From Pseudomonadales bacterium (GTDB taxonomy: Bacteria > Pseudomonadota > Gammaproteobacteria > Pseudomonadales > UBA7434): a DNA stretch of 24,000 nucleotides. The notes under the pieces were generated by a model. The model did no database searches and was not told the origin of the DNA. It saw only the letters and a program-made list of their open reading frames with translations. The stretch spans positions 1,640-25,639 of the forward strand of contig JBATGO010000211.1 in NCBI GenBank assembly GCA_049665845.1, read 5' to 3'. This document shows, piece by piece, positions 11,454-18,527 of the stretch (its first letter is position 1; every line of letters starts with the position of its first letter). Both the position numbers and the translations under genes were made by a program.

Positions 11454-13265
11454 CTAGCTCGCTTCGGATTGCAGTGCCGGGGTTTCGCGCTCTAGCCAGT
11501 AGGCCATGTAATCACTGGCGCCCTGTTTCCCGAGGTAACGATTCAGGTAACGCTTTGGCACCTTGCACAGATCGACCAGGATCAGCCCATCCAGTGAATC
11601 GTTGAAAACCTTGTTTATTGAAAAGCACACGAACTTGCCGTTCAGCGAAAGGTAATGACGCAACAGCGTTGGCAATGCCTTGCCCGGGTCGCAGCAACCC
11701 ACAAGCTTGTTGACCAGCGGCACATGGCTTAGCGCTTCCAGTTCCTTGCGACTCCAGATTTTGCCGGATACTTTCAGCGGTGCCAGCGGTGCAACGTCCT
11801 GCAGGAATTTCTGTTCGGCGCGAAACGACGCGAGCATCGATTCGGCGATCAGCGCGCGCGACATATCGGAGTGCTCGCGCGAAATGCTGACCGCGCCGAA
11901 AAGCGTATTGAATTCCGGTCGCGCTGCAACATAGCGCCCGATGCCGCGCCACAACAGGTCCAGCGCGGCGGGTTTGCGCTGGTAGTCGGGGTGTACAAAG
12001 GAGCGGCCGAGTTCCAGCGGGTTGCCAAGCTTCTCGATATACGCTTCGTCCAGCGAATACAGGGTGCGCGCATACAGGCCGTCGATACCGCGCGCGGCAA
12101 TGATTTCGCGCACGCGACCCAGCCGGTAACCACCAACCACTTTGTGGGAGCTTTTATCCCAGGCAAATACGTGCAGGTAATCGCGGTCAAAGCGATCGAC
12201 ATCGAGCCGCTTGCCAGTACCTTCGCCGGCTGCGCGAAAGGTCTCTTCGCGCGCCAGTCCAATCGCATCCATCAGCGGGCCCAGTTCGGCAAAGCTTGCG
12301 ATATAAACGTCGAAAGGATCGGACTCAACCACGCGATTTGCACGCAGTGTGTCGAGCTGCAACTCGAGGCTGCCGCGATGCTCGCTGGCGTAGTCGCCCG
12401 ATGATTGCAGCAGCGGTTCCAGCGCGAGGGTCTGTGATCCGGGAGCACCCGCTTGCCTGCCCACCAGTTCGCAGGCCAGCCGCAGGCAGGCACTGATTTC
12501 GGCGTCCGACTCCAGATGGCTGAATTCGCGCGCACCGAGTAATTCGCCAACAATAAGCCGCAGTTGCGTACCGCGCTTGTTGGTCAGCTCGCGCGGCAGC
12601 ATTGCAGTGCGAAGTACGGGATGCACCAGCGACAAGGTGTAAAAAGCAGCGCTGTTGCGCGCAGCGACGTTTACCGGCAATACCGTGGCGCCGGTTTTGC
12701 GCAGCAGCGATCCGACAAAGCGATGCCAGGGATGCTCACTGACGCGCCGCTCACCGGGATTGAAGGTCGCCACTTTACCGGCGGGAAATACCAGCAGCGC
12801 AGCACCGCTGGCAAGGTGCCGCCTGGCTTCGCGAATGCCTGCAATATTTTCCCTGGCTTGCTGGGGCGAGAGGATATCGACGCCGATAAAAACGTCGCGC
12901 AATTCAGGAATGCCGTCCAGCAGCCGGTTGGTCACCACGCGCGTATCGGGCCTGTAACGCAGCATCTCGCGCAACAGGGCGATACCTTCCAGCCCGCCGA
13001 GGGGATGATTGGCGACCACCAGCAATGGTCCGTGTTGCGGCAAGCGCGGCAAGACCTGGCGCGGGTCATCGAGCTGCACACGCACGTCAAATGCGCGCAG
13101 CGCGCTATCGAGGAAACGGTCCGGCGGCGCGCCGTGTTCACAGCGCTGGTAAACTGCCGTGAGCTTTCTAAGGCCCAGCACGTGCTCGGCAATTCTTGCC
13201 AGCAGCGGGTTCGCCAGCGGCAAACTGAATGGATTAATGTTGCTGCCGTTCATTGACACGCTCAT
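11454..13265 (-). CDS. Fused lysophospholipid-acyltransferase-like (N-terminal) and GNAT/OlsB-like N-acyltransferase (C-terminal) protein, with the OlsF-like aminolipid synthase architecture
   Basis: The N-terminal half has LLVVANHPLGGLEGIALL (acyltransferase His motif, here H-x5-E) and ALLVFPAGKV (FPxG block). The C-terminal half has YLHVFAWDKSSHKVVGGYRLG...GLYARTLYSL...LELGRSFVHPDYQRK, typical of OlsB/'hemolysin-like' GNAT N-acyltransferases. At 603 aa its length is similar to OlsF. Confidence 0.75.
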   Translation of the reverse strand: MSVSMNGSNINPFSLPLANPLLARIAEHVLGLRKLTAVYQRCEHGAPPDRFLDSALRAFDVRVQLDDPRQVLPRLPQHGPLLVVANHPLGGLEGIALLREMLRYRPDTRVVTNRLLDGIPELRDVFIGVDILSPQQARENIAGIREARRHLASGAALLVFPAGKVATFNPGERRVSEHPWHRFVGSLLRKTGATVLPVNVAARNSAAFYTLSLVHPVLRTAMLPRELTNKRGTQLRLIVGELLGAREFSHLESDAEISACLRLACELVGRQAGAPGSQTLALEPLLQSSGDYASEHRGSLELQLDTLRANRVVESDPFDVYIASFAELGPLMDAIGLAREETFRAAGEGTGKRLDVDRFDRDYLHVFAWDKSSHKVVGGYRLGRVREIIAARGIDGLYARTLYSLDEAYIEKLGNPLELGRSFVHPDYQRKPAALDLLWRGIGRYVAARPEFNTLFGAVSISREHSDMSRALIAESMLASFRAEQKFLQDVAPLAPLKVSGKIWSRKELEALSHVPLVNKLVGCCDPGKALPTLLRHYLSLNGKFVCFSINKVFNDSLDGLILVDLCKVPKRYLNRYLGKQGASDYMAYWLERETPALQSEAS

Positions 13266-13274
13266 TGTTATCTT

Positions 13275-14018
13275 TTACGCGCAGACGCGACGCTGCAGCA
13301 ACAGCGGCGCGCCGGCCCTGTTTTCGCAGGGCGGTCCGTCGGTATAACTGATCGATACCTGTTCGGGCCACACCTGTACAAAACTCTGGCTCACGGTTTG
13401 GGCAAACTCGCGGTGCATACACACGGAGCTGACCGCCAATGGCTGGCCGGAAATTTCGTGCAGTTCATGGTCGATATGACAACAGTGAAAATGTTCAAGC
13501 GCCGCAAGATCGCCTTGCGCACCAACGCGTTCAAAAAACTCGCGCCGCACCGCCTGCACGCCGCCGGTTTCGTAGGATGATGAGGTGATCGGCATCTCTG
13601 CGGGCAAGCGCTCGAGCCTGCGCGTGTCCCAGCGCCAGTGCGCAACCGTGTTGGCGAACACCACCAGCTCAAAACCGCGAAATCTTTGCAGCGGCAGTTT
13701 TTCCAGCGAATCCATAAAGTCGTCGATGCTTTCACTACCTGCGAGCGCAGTGACGACTTCGCCGCGGCTCACCACGTCATCGTGCCCGGGTTCAGGCGCA
13801 GCGTAGTTGTTCAGCAGGCAGATGGTGAGGCCAAACTGGTTGACTGCCAGCCAGGTGCCACCTGCGTCTGCATCGGTGGGTGCAAGGTAGGCAACCCCGC
13901 TAGCGGTAAATTTGCGCGAAGGCGGCGCTGCACGCTGGCGTGTTTTCAACTCATCGCGATTGAAAAACAACGCGTAACCGTCGCCCGAATTATTGTAGCG
14001 CCAGGTCAGCGTGCACAT
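13275..14018 (-). CDS. NRDE family protein (TANGO2 homologue)
   Basis: The product starts MCTLTW (Met-Cys N-terminus) and contains ALFFNRDE (the eponymous NRDE motif) and DADAGGTWLAVNQFGLTICLLNNY (the GGTWL block also seen in human TANGO2). At 247 aa its length is typical of the family. Confidence 0.85.
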   Translation of the reverse strand: MCTLTWRYNNSGDGYALFFNRDELKTRQRAAPPSRKFTASGVAYLAPTDADAGGTWLAVNQFGLTICLLNNYAAPEPGHDDVVSRGEVVTALAGSESIDDFMDSLEKLPLQRFRGFELVVFANTVAHWRWDTRRLERLPAEMPITSSSYETGGVQAVRREFFERVGAQGDLAALEHFHCCHIDHELHEISGQPLAVSSVCMHREFAQTVSQSFVQVWPEQVSISYTDGPPCENRAGAPLLLQRRVCA

Positions 14019-14542
14019 CGCTCAGCCCCCTTGTATTGCAAGGTGGCAGGCGCAAACCCGAAATCGTCCGGCGCCAGCTCACTGACGCCCAGCAGGCGCA
14101 GCAGCGCTGCAATACTTGCCTGGTGATGTACTGTGTGACTATGCAGGAATACCAGCTCGCGCGCCACCGATGAACGCAGCGGTATTTGCCCGCTGGTACC
14201 GCTTGCCTGCCTGACGAGCAGATCGCGGTCGGCCAGGTCGAGCTCCTGTATTGCATTGCGCAGATTGTGCAGGCGCTGCTGTGCGCTTTCAGAACTGGCT
14301 TCTACCTGCGCATCGCGCGCCCTGGCATCGTAATCGATCAAGCCGGTTGTAAGTCCATGCAGAAAACAGGCGTAGTGATCAAGTGCGTGGCGCACATGCA
14401 AACCTACCGGGGAGTCGAACAGCGCAGATTCGTTATTGGTATACAGCACATCGTCGAGCGCCAGCAGCACCCCGTCGAGCTGGTCCAGCAACTTCACGTT
14501 ATCTTCGACAAGAGTGGATAGATTGACAGGCAAACTAGGCAA
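14006..14542 (-). CDS. DinB-superfamily (DinB_2-like) four-helix-bundle protein
   Basis: His-rich helices VGLHVRHALDHYACFL and ELVFLHSHTVHHQASIAALL match the DinB/YfiT-type metal-binding His pattern. The track start is TTG (14542) with a weak SD, so the exact start is uncertain. The 3' end overlaps the NRDE gene start by 13 nt. Confidence 0.6.
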   Translation of the reverse strand: MPSLPVNLSTLVEDNVKLLDQLDGVLLALDDVLYTNNESALFDSPVGLHVRHALDHYACFLHGLTTGLIDYDARARDAQVEASSESAQQRLHNLRNAIQELDLADRDLLVRQASGTSGQIPLRSSVARELVFLHSHTVHHQASIAALLRLLGVSELAPDDFGFAPATLQYKGAERCAR

Positions 14543-14559
14543 TGCAAGCGTCCCGCGGA

Positions 14560-14581
14560 GTACTGCTCCAGGCGGCAGTAC
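14560..14581 (-). promoter_or_regulatory. Hairpin (7-bp stem gtactgc/gcagtac, 8-nt loop) between the addA-like stop and the DinB-like start, with a possible extended -10 TGATACAAT (reverse complement of 14624-14632) upstream
   Basis: Both are seen directly in the sequence. No U-run follows the hairpin, so it is not a canonical terminator. It could be a leader structure or an RNA-processing or stability element. Confidence 0.25.
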
Positions 14582-14648
14582 AGGAAATATACCTGGCCGG
14601 TGGCCGCCCGGCGACCGCTGCGAATTGTATCACCTGCCTCACTTCGCA

Positions 14649-17600
14649 TCAGACCCCGGAAATTGGTAATAGTCGATCCAGCAGGGGGTAGTAAAGCGCG
14701 GCCACGATCTCCTGCGGCGCACAATGGTCGAAGCTTGCCAACAACGCACGATAGCGCAGCACCTGGTCGCGATAGTGGCCTGCCTGCTGCTGCAGGAAGT
14801 CTGCGACTGCTTCGCCCGCAGCTGGTTCCGCAATCTTGTAATCGACCAGCCAGCGCCTGCCTTCCGGGTCGATAAATGTGAGGTCCATCCTGGCTCGATG
14901 CCGCACGCCGTCGGCATCCCGATACCACAGTTCCCACTCACAGGCTGCGCCCTGCGCCGCGCGTTGCAACAGCTTCCTTCCTTCGCCAGCCTGCGTAACG
15001 CCGCGCACAGCGCGCTGCAAACGCTGCACTGCCGCTTCCATACAGTCAGGCGTGACGCCCAACTGCCTTAATCGTTCGCGCCAGTGTCCATCCTGAGCAC
15101 CCGGATCCAGCCCCTTGCAGTGCCCAGGCCCCTGCTCGACCGCTAGCTGGAGCAGTTCATGCACGCAGCTGCCAACAGCCTGCATCCAGCGCGGCTGTGC
15201 ATACAGTATCGCGCGCGCTGTATTCATTTCAGCCTCGTTTACCCCTGCGGCAGGAAATTCCGCGGTAGCCAGGGGCATACCGGCCTGCTCGACCGCAAAA
15301 CCAGCCAGCGGTGCGTCACCGGTGGGCGCGGCTGCGGTGGGACGCTCGTCATCCAGCCAATGCGGCCGCGCGAACAGCGCCGCTGAGCTAAATCGTTTTA
15401 ATGGTCGATAGTACGGTTGATCGACCACCCCGGTTTGGGCTGCCGAAGCGGTCGACACCACCAGCTGTGCCTGCTCGCGTAGTGCGGGCCACAGTTTCGC
15501 GAGCAAACTCCTTTGCGGCGGCGGCTGTAATGATGCGGCATCGACTTCACCAACATGACCCACGGCACAACGCATTGTCGCGGTCAACAGCAAACGACTC
15601 CTCGCCCTTGTTGCAGCTACGTAGAGCAGTCGCGTACTTTCATAATCGCCCTGCAACTTTTTTTCGCTGCGCAGGAATTCGTAGATGCCGCGCGCCTTTT
15701 TGTGCTTGCCGTCGCCGGCCGCTTTTGTGCTTGCATCAGGCAAGGCACCGATTGACTCACTCCATGCAGGGTATTCCTCATCGCCAAGGGTTTTCGGATA
15801 AAGCAATACACCGCTGCTGCCATCGGCAAAAACGCGCTCGCCGAACTCGAGCAGGGCGCTGTCTTCACTGCGCGGCAGGCCCGCCAGGCCGGGTAGAATC
15901 ACGGTGTCAAACTCCAGCCCCTTGGCTTTGTGCATGGTCATTGCGTGCACGCCGCCTTTGCTCAGTGAGGCTTGCTCGGCGCGCAGCATATCCATGCGCT
16001 GCTGCAGTAATTCGCCGTGCAGGATTTCACCGCGATGCCGACACTCGGCGTCGAATTGTTCAAGCTCGGTAAAATATTGCGCCACGACCGCTGCGGCGTC
16101 CGGTTCAGCAGCCAGCGCCATCAGCGCCTTGCCACCCAGCGCATGCCAGCATTGCTCCACACTGTCGCGCAGACCTGCGCGCTGCCGCAAGCGCCAGGCA
16201 TCGCCAACAATATTCGCCAGCCGCAGCACACGCGCTGCAGCATCGTCTGCAAGCAAACCCTGCATATGCGGACAAAAAGAACCGCATTCGCAGGCAGATA
16301 CCAGCAACTGCGGCAGCGCTTCACATTGCGCACAGCTGTCCAGGTGATCGCGAAGCACTTGTAACTCGGCGAGCGGCAATCCACACCAGGGCGCGCGCAA
16401 CAGCGCCCACCAGGCGATATCGTCGTTAACCGACAGCAGCGCCCGGGTCAGGGCAAGGCAATCGGCGACCTCCTCGCGCTCTGACAGCGCATCGATACCG
16501 CTGTTCTGTACCTCGATACCTGCGGCCCGCAACACCGGCAGTATTTTTTGCAGGTGACCGCGCACGCGAACCAGGATAGCAATGCTGGCATGCGGCCGTA
16601 CGGCGAGCTCGCGCTGCACCAGCTCGAGCACCTTGTGCGCCTCCAGCACATCCGCGTCCTCCCCAACGCAGGCATAAAATGCCACCGGTCCCGCGGCGGC
16701 TGTTGCGGCGCCGGCGGCAGCCGTTGCAGTGCCGGCAACTGCAGCAGGCACCGGCTCCGCCTCTGCAGTACCGGGCGGCGCCACCGCAACTGCCCTGGAG
16801 AAGGTAACTGCGCCGCGCGCACTGTCCTCGCGCTGCGGAAATGCAGCGCCCAGGTAGCGATTGAACCAGTCGACCAGCCTGGCAGAGGAGCGAAAATTCT
16901 GCACCAGGTCAATGCGCTGCAACGGCAAATCACCGAGTGCACCGCGTCGGGCCTGCAAAAACAGTTGCACCCTGGCGGCGCGAAAAGCATAGATCGATTG
17001 CATCGCGTCGCCGACAATGAACAGCGTCCGAGCGGGCTCATTTTGCGTGGCATTGAGCTGCGCCCATTCACCGCTTAGCGCGCACAGCAAACGGTACTGT
17101 GAAATTGACGTATCCTGGTATTCGTCGACCAGAATGTGGCGCAGCCGACGGTGCCAGGCATAGGCAGTGCCCACCGGTACCGTGGTGGCAGGGTCGTATT
17201 GCGCGCCGCCGGCCTGTGGCTGATTCGCACCGAGCACGCGCAATGCTGCTGCGGTAATTTCACTGTGGTCACAGCGACGCTGTTCGGCAAAAACCAGTTG
17301 CAGGTGAGCGTACAGTTGCACCAGGCAGTGCGCCATTGCAGCCAGCAGTTCATCCTGTGCCTGGCCGTAACCGCTGCTCGGCAGGTTTGACAAGCTCTGC
17401 AGTGCTGCCAGTGTTTCCTCATCGGCGGCGATTTCTGCGCAGATCTGCAGCAAGTGCTGTTTGTTTGCGGCGCTGCGCGTACGCATCTCGGCGGGCCAGG
17501 ATTTGTCAATCGGAAATCCCTGGCGTTTATCGATCGTGCGGCGCGGCCCGGACTTGCCGGTAAGCAGCAATGCCAGCAAAGCGCGCCATTGCGGTAATGC

Positions 17601-18527
17601 TGCGATCGTATTTTCCGGCAAGGCCTGCAGTCCAGCCAGCTTCGCAATCGGGCTGGAGTTCGCGAGCGCCGGGTTGTCGCGCAATACGCTGCCAGCAAAG
17701 CCGGCGATTGCGACGAGCTCAGCTGCGTAACGCTGCAGCTGTTGCCGCGCATGCGCGAGCAGCTCTGCAATCCATTTTTCCAGACATTGCGCGAGTTCTG
17801 CAGCGCTGTCGCGACCTGCTTGCGCTGCGCGGGTAAGATCCACCATCGACGCCAGCCACTGGTCCCGGCCCTGCAGCATTGCAGCAAGCATTCCCGACAA
17901 TCCCTGCACATCGCCGCGGTAATAAGCGAGCAATCGCCGCAGCGCCCGGTCATCGCTGCCCGGCTCGCCCAGCGTCGCAAGCATTTCGCCAACCGCCTGC
18001 TTGTACAGCCGCTGCGGATCATCCACGGGTTGCAGTGCAGCGCCGAGCAGGCTGAGTACCGGTTGTTCGCTGGCGACGCTGTAACAGAAACTGTCGATAG
18101 TCTGCAGGCGCAGGCGCGCGGGGTTGTGCAGCAACTGCCAGTTGCGCGCGCTGTCACGTGCCAGCGCTGCACGCGCAAGTTGCCAGGTAGCCCGGCGGTG
18201 CAAAGCTTCGGGGGCTTCAGCCTGCATGCCAAGCGCGAGTGCGCCAAGCAAGCGCTCGCGCATTTCTGCCGCCGCCTTGCGCGTGAACGTGATCGCGAGA
18301 ATCTCTTCGGGTTCATCGACAACAGCCAGCAAACCGAGCATGCGCTGCGTCAGCAGTTCGGTTTTTCCCGATCCGGCTGGCGCCGTCACGACACAGGAAA
18401 CTGAAATATCCAGTGCATGCGCACGCGCGCCCGCATCGACGGGCAGCGCGCTGCCGGTTGCTGCCACAGCGGGCAGCTGAATTACAGGCACAGCGTCGCC
18501 AGGCACGAATTCACCGCCTTTACTCAC
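14649..18527 (-). CDS. addA: UvrD/Rep-type helicase fused to a C-terminal PD-(D/E)XK (RecB-like) nuclease, AddA-like
   Basis: The ORF starts at GTG. Motifs are Walker A VVTAPAGSGKTELLTQR, motif Ia ILAITFTRKAAAEM, motif II ILVDEYQDTS, FIVGDAMQSIYAFR, MTMHKAKGLEFDTVIL and LLYVAATRARSRL. The C-terminal nuclease motifs are GSCVHELLQ, RMDLTF...WLVDYKI and QVLRY. The length is 1292 aa. Confidence 0.85.
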   Translation of the reverse strand: MSKGGEFVPGDAVPVIQLPAVAATGSALPVDAGARAHALDISVSCVVTAPAGSGKTELLTQRMLGLLAVVDEPEEILAITFTRKAAAEMRERLLGALALGMQAEAPEALHRRATWQLARAALARDSARNWQLLHNPARLRLQTIDSFCYSVASEQPVLSLLGAALQPVDDPQRLYKQAVGEMLATLGEPGSDDRALRRLLAYYRGDVQGLSGMLAAMLQGRDQWLASMVDLTRAAQAGRDSAAELAQCLEKWIAELLAHARQQLQRYAAELVAIAGFAGSVLRDNPALANSSPIAKLAGLQALPENTIAALPQWRALLALLLTGKSGPRRTIDKRQGFPIDKSWPAEMRTRSAANKQHLLQICAEIAADEETLAALQSLSNLPSSGYGQAQDELLAAMAHCLVQLYAHLQLVFAEQRRCDHSEITAAALRVLGANQPQAGGAQYDPATTVPVGTAYAWHRRLRHILVDEYQDTSISQYRLLCALSGEWAQLNATQNEPARTLFIVGDAMQSIYAFRAARVQLFLQARRGALGDLPLQRIDLVQNFRSSARLVDWFNRYLGAAFPQREDSARGAVTFSRAVAVAPPGTAEAEPVPAAVAGTATAAAGAATAAAGPVAFYACVGEDADVLEAHKVLELVQRELAVRPHASIAILVRVRGHLQKILPVLRAAGIEVQNSGIDALSEREEVADCLALTRALLSVNDDIAWWALLRAPWCGLPLAELQVLRDHLDSCAQCEALPQLLVSACECGSFCPHMQGLLADDAAARVLRLANIVGDAWRLRQRAGLRDSVEQCWHALGGKALMALAAEPDAAAVVAQYFTELEQFDAECRHRGEILHGELLQQRMDMLRAEQASLSKGGVHAMTMHKAKGLEFDTVILPGLAGLPRSEDSALLEFGERVFADGSSGVLLYPKTLGDEEYPAWSESIGALPDASTKAAGDGKHKKARGIYEFLRSEKKLQGDYESTRLLYVAATRARSRLLLTATMRCAVGHVGEVDAASLQPPPQRSLLAKLWPALREQAQLVVSTASAAQTGVVDQPYYRPLKRFSSAALFARPHWLDDERPTAAAPTGDAPLAGFAVEQAGMPLATAEFPAAGVNEAEMNTARAILYAQPRWMQAVGSCVHELLQLAVEQGPGHCKGLDPGAQDGHWRERLRQLGVTPDCMEAAVQRLQRAVRGVTQAGEGRKLLQRAAQGAACEWELWYRDADGVRHRARMDLTFIDPEGRRWLVDYKIAEPAAGEAVADFLQQQAGHYRDQVLRYRALLASFDHCAPQEIVAALYYPLLDRLLPISGV

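Noticed and set aside
17075-18322. A 415-aa ORF on the minus strand inside addA, plus other long ORFs within addA/addB: 16448-17071 (-), 15401-16072 (+), 17742-18404 (+), 18413-18982 (+), 19943-20512 (+) and 20781-21566 (+)
   Set aside because: They are out-of-frame or antisense to genes with clear helicase and nuclease motifs. Their translations are Arg/Cys/Ala/Ser-rich with no recognisable motifs. This is the usual stop-codon-poor artefact of GC-rich DNA.
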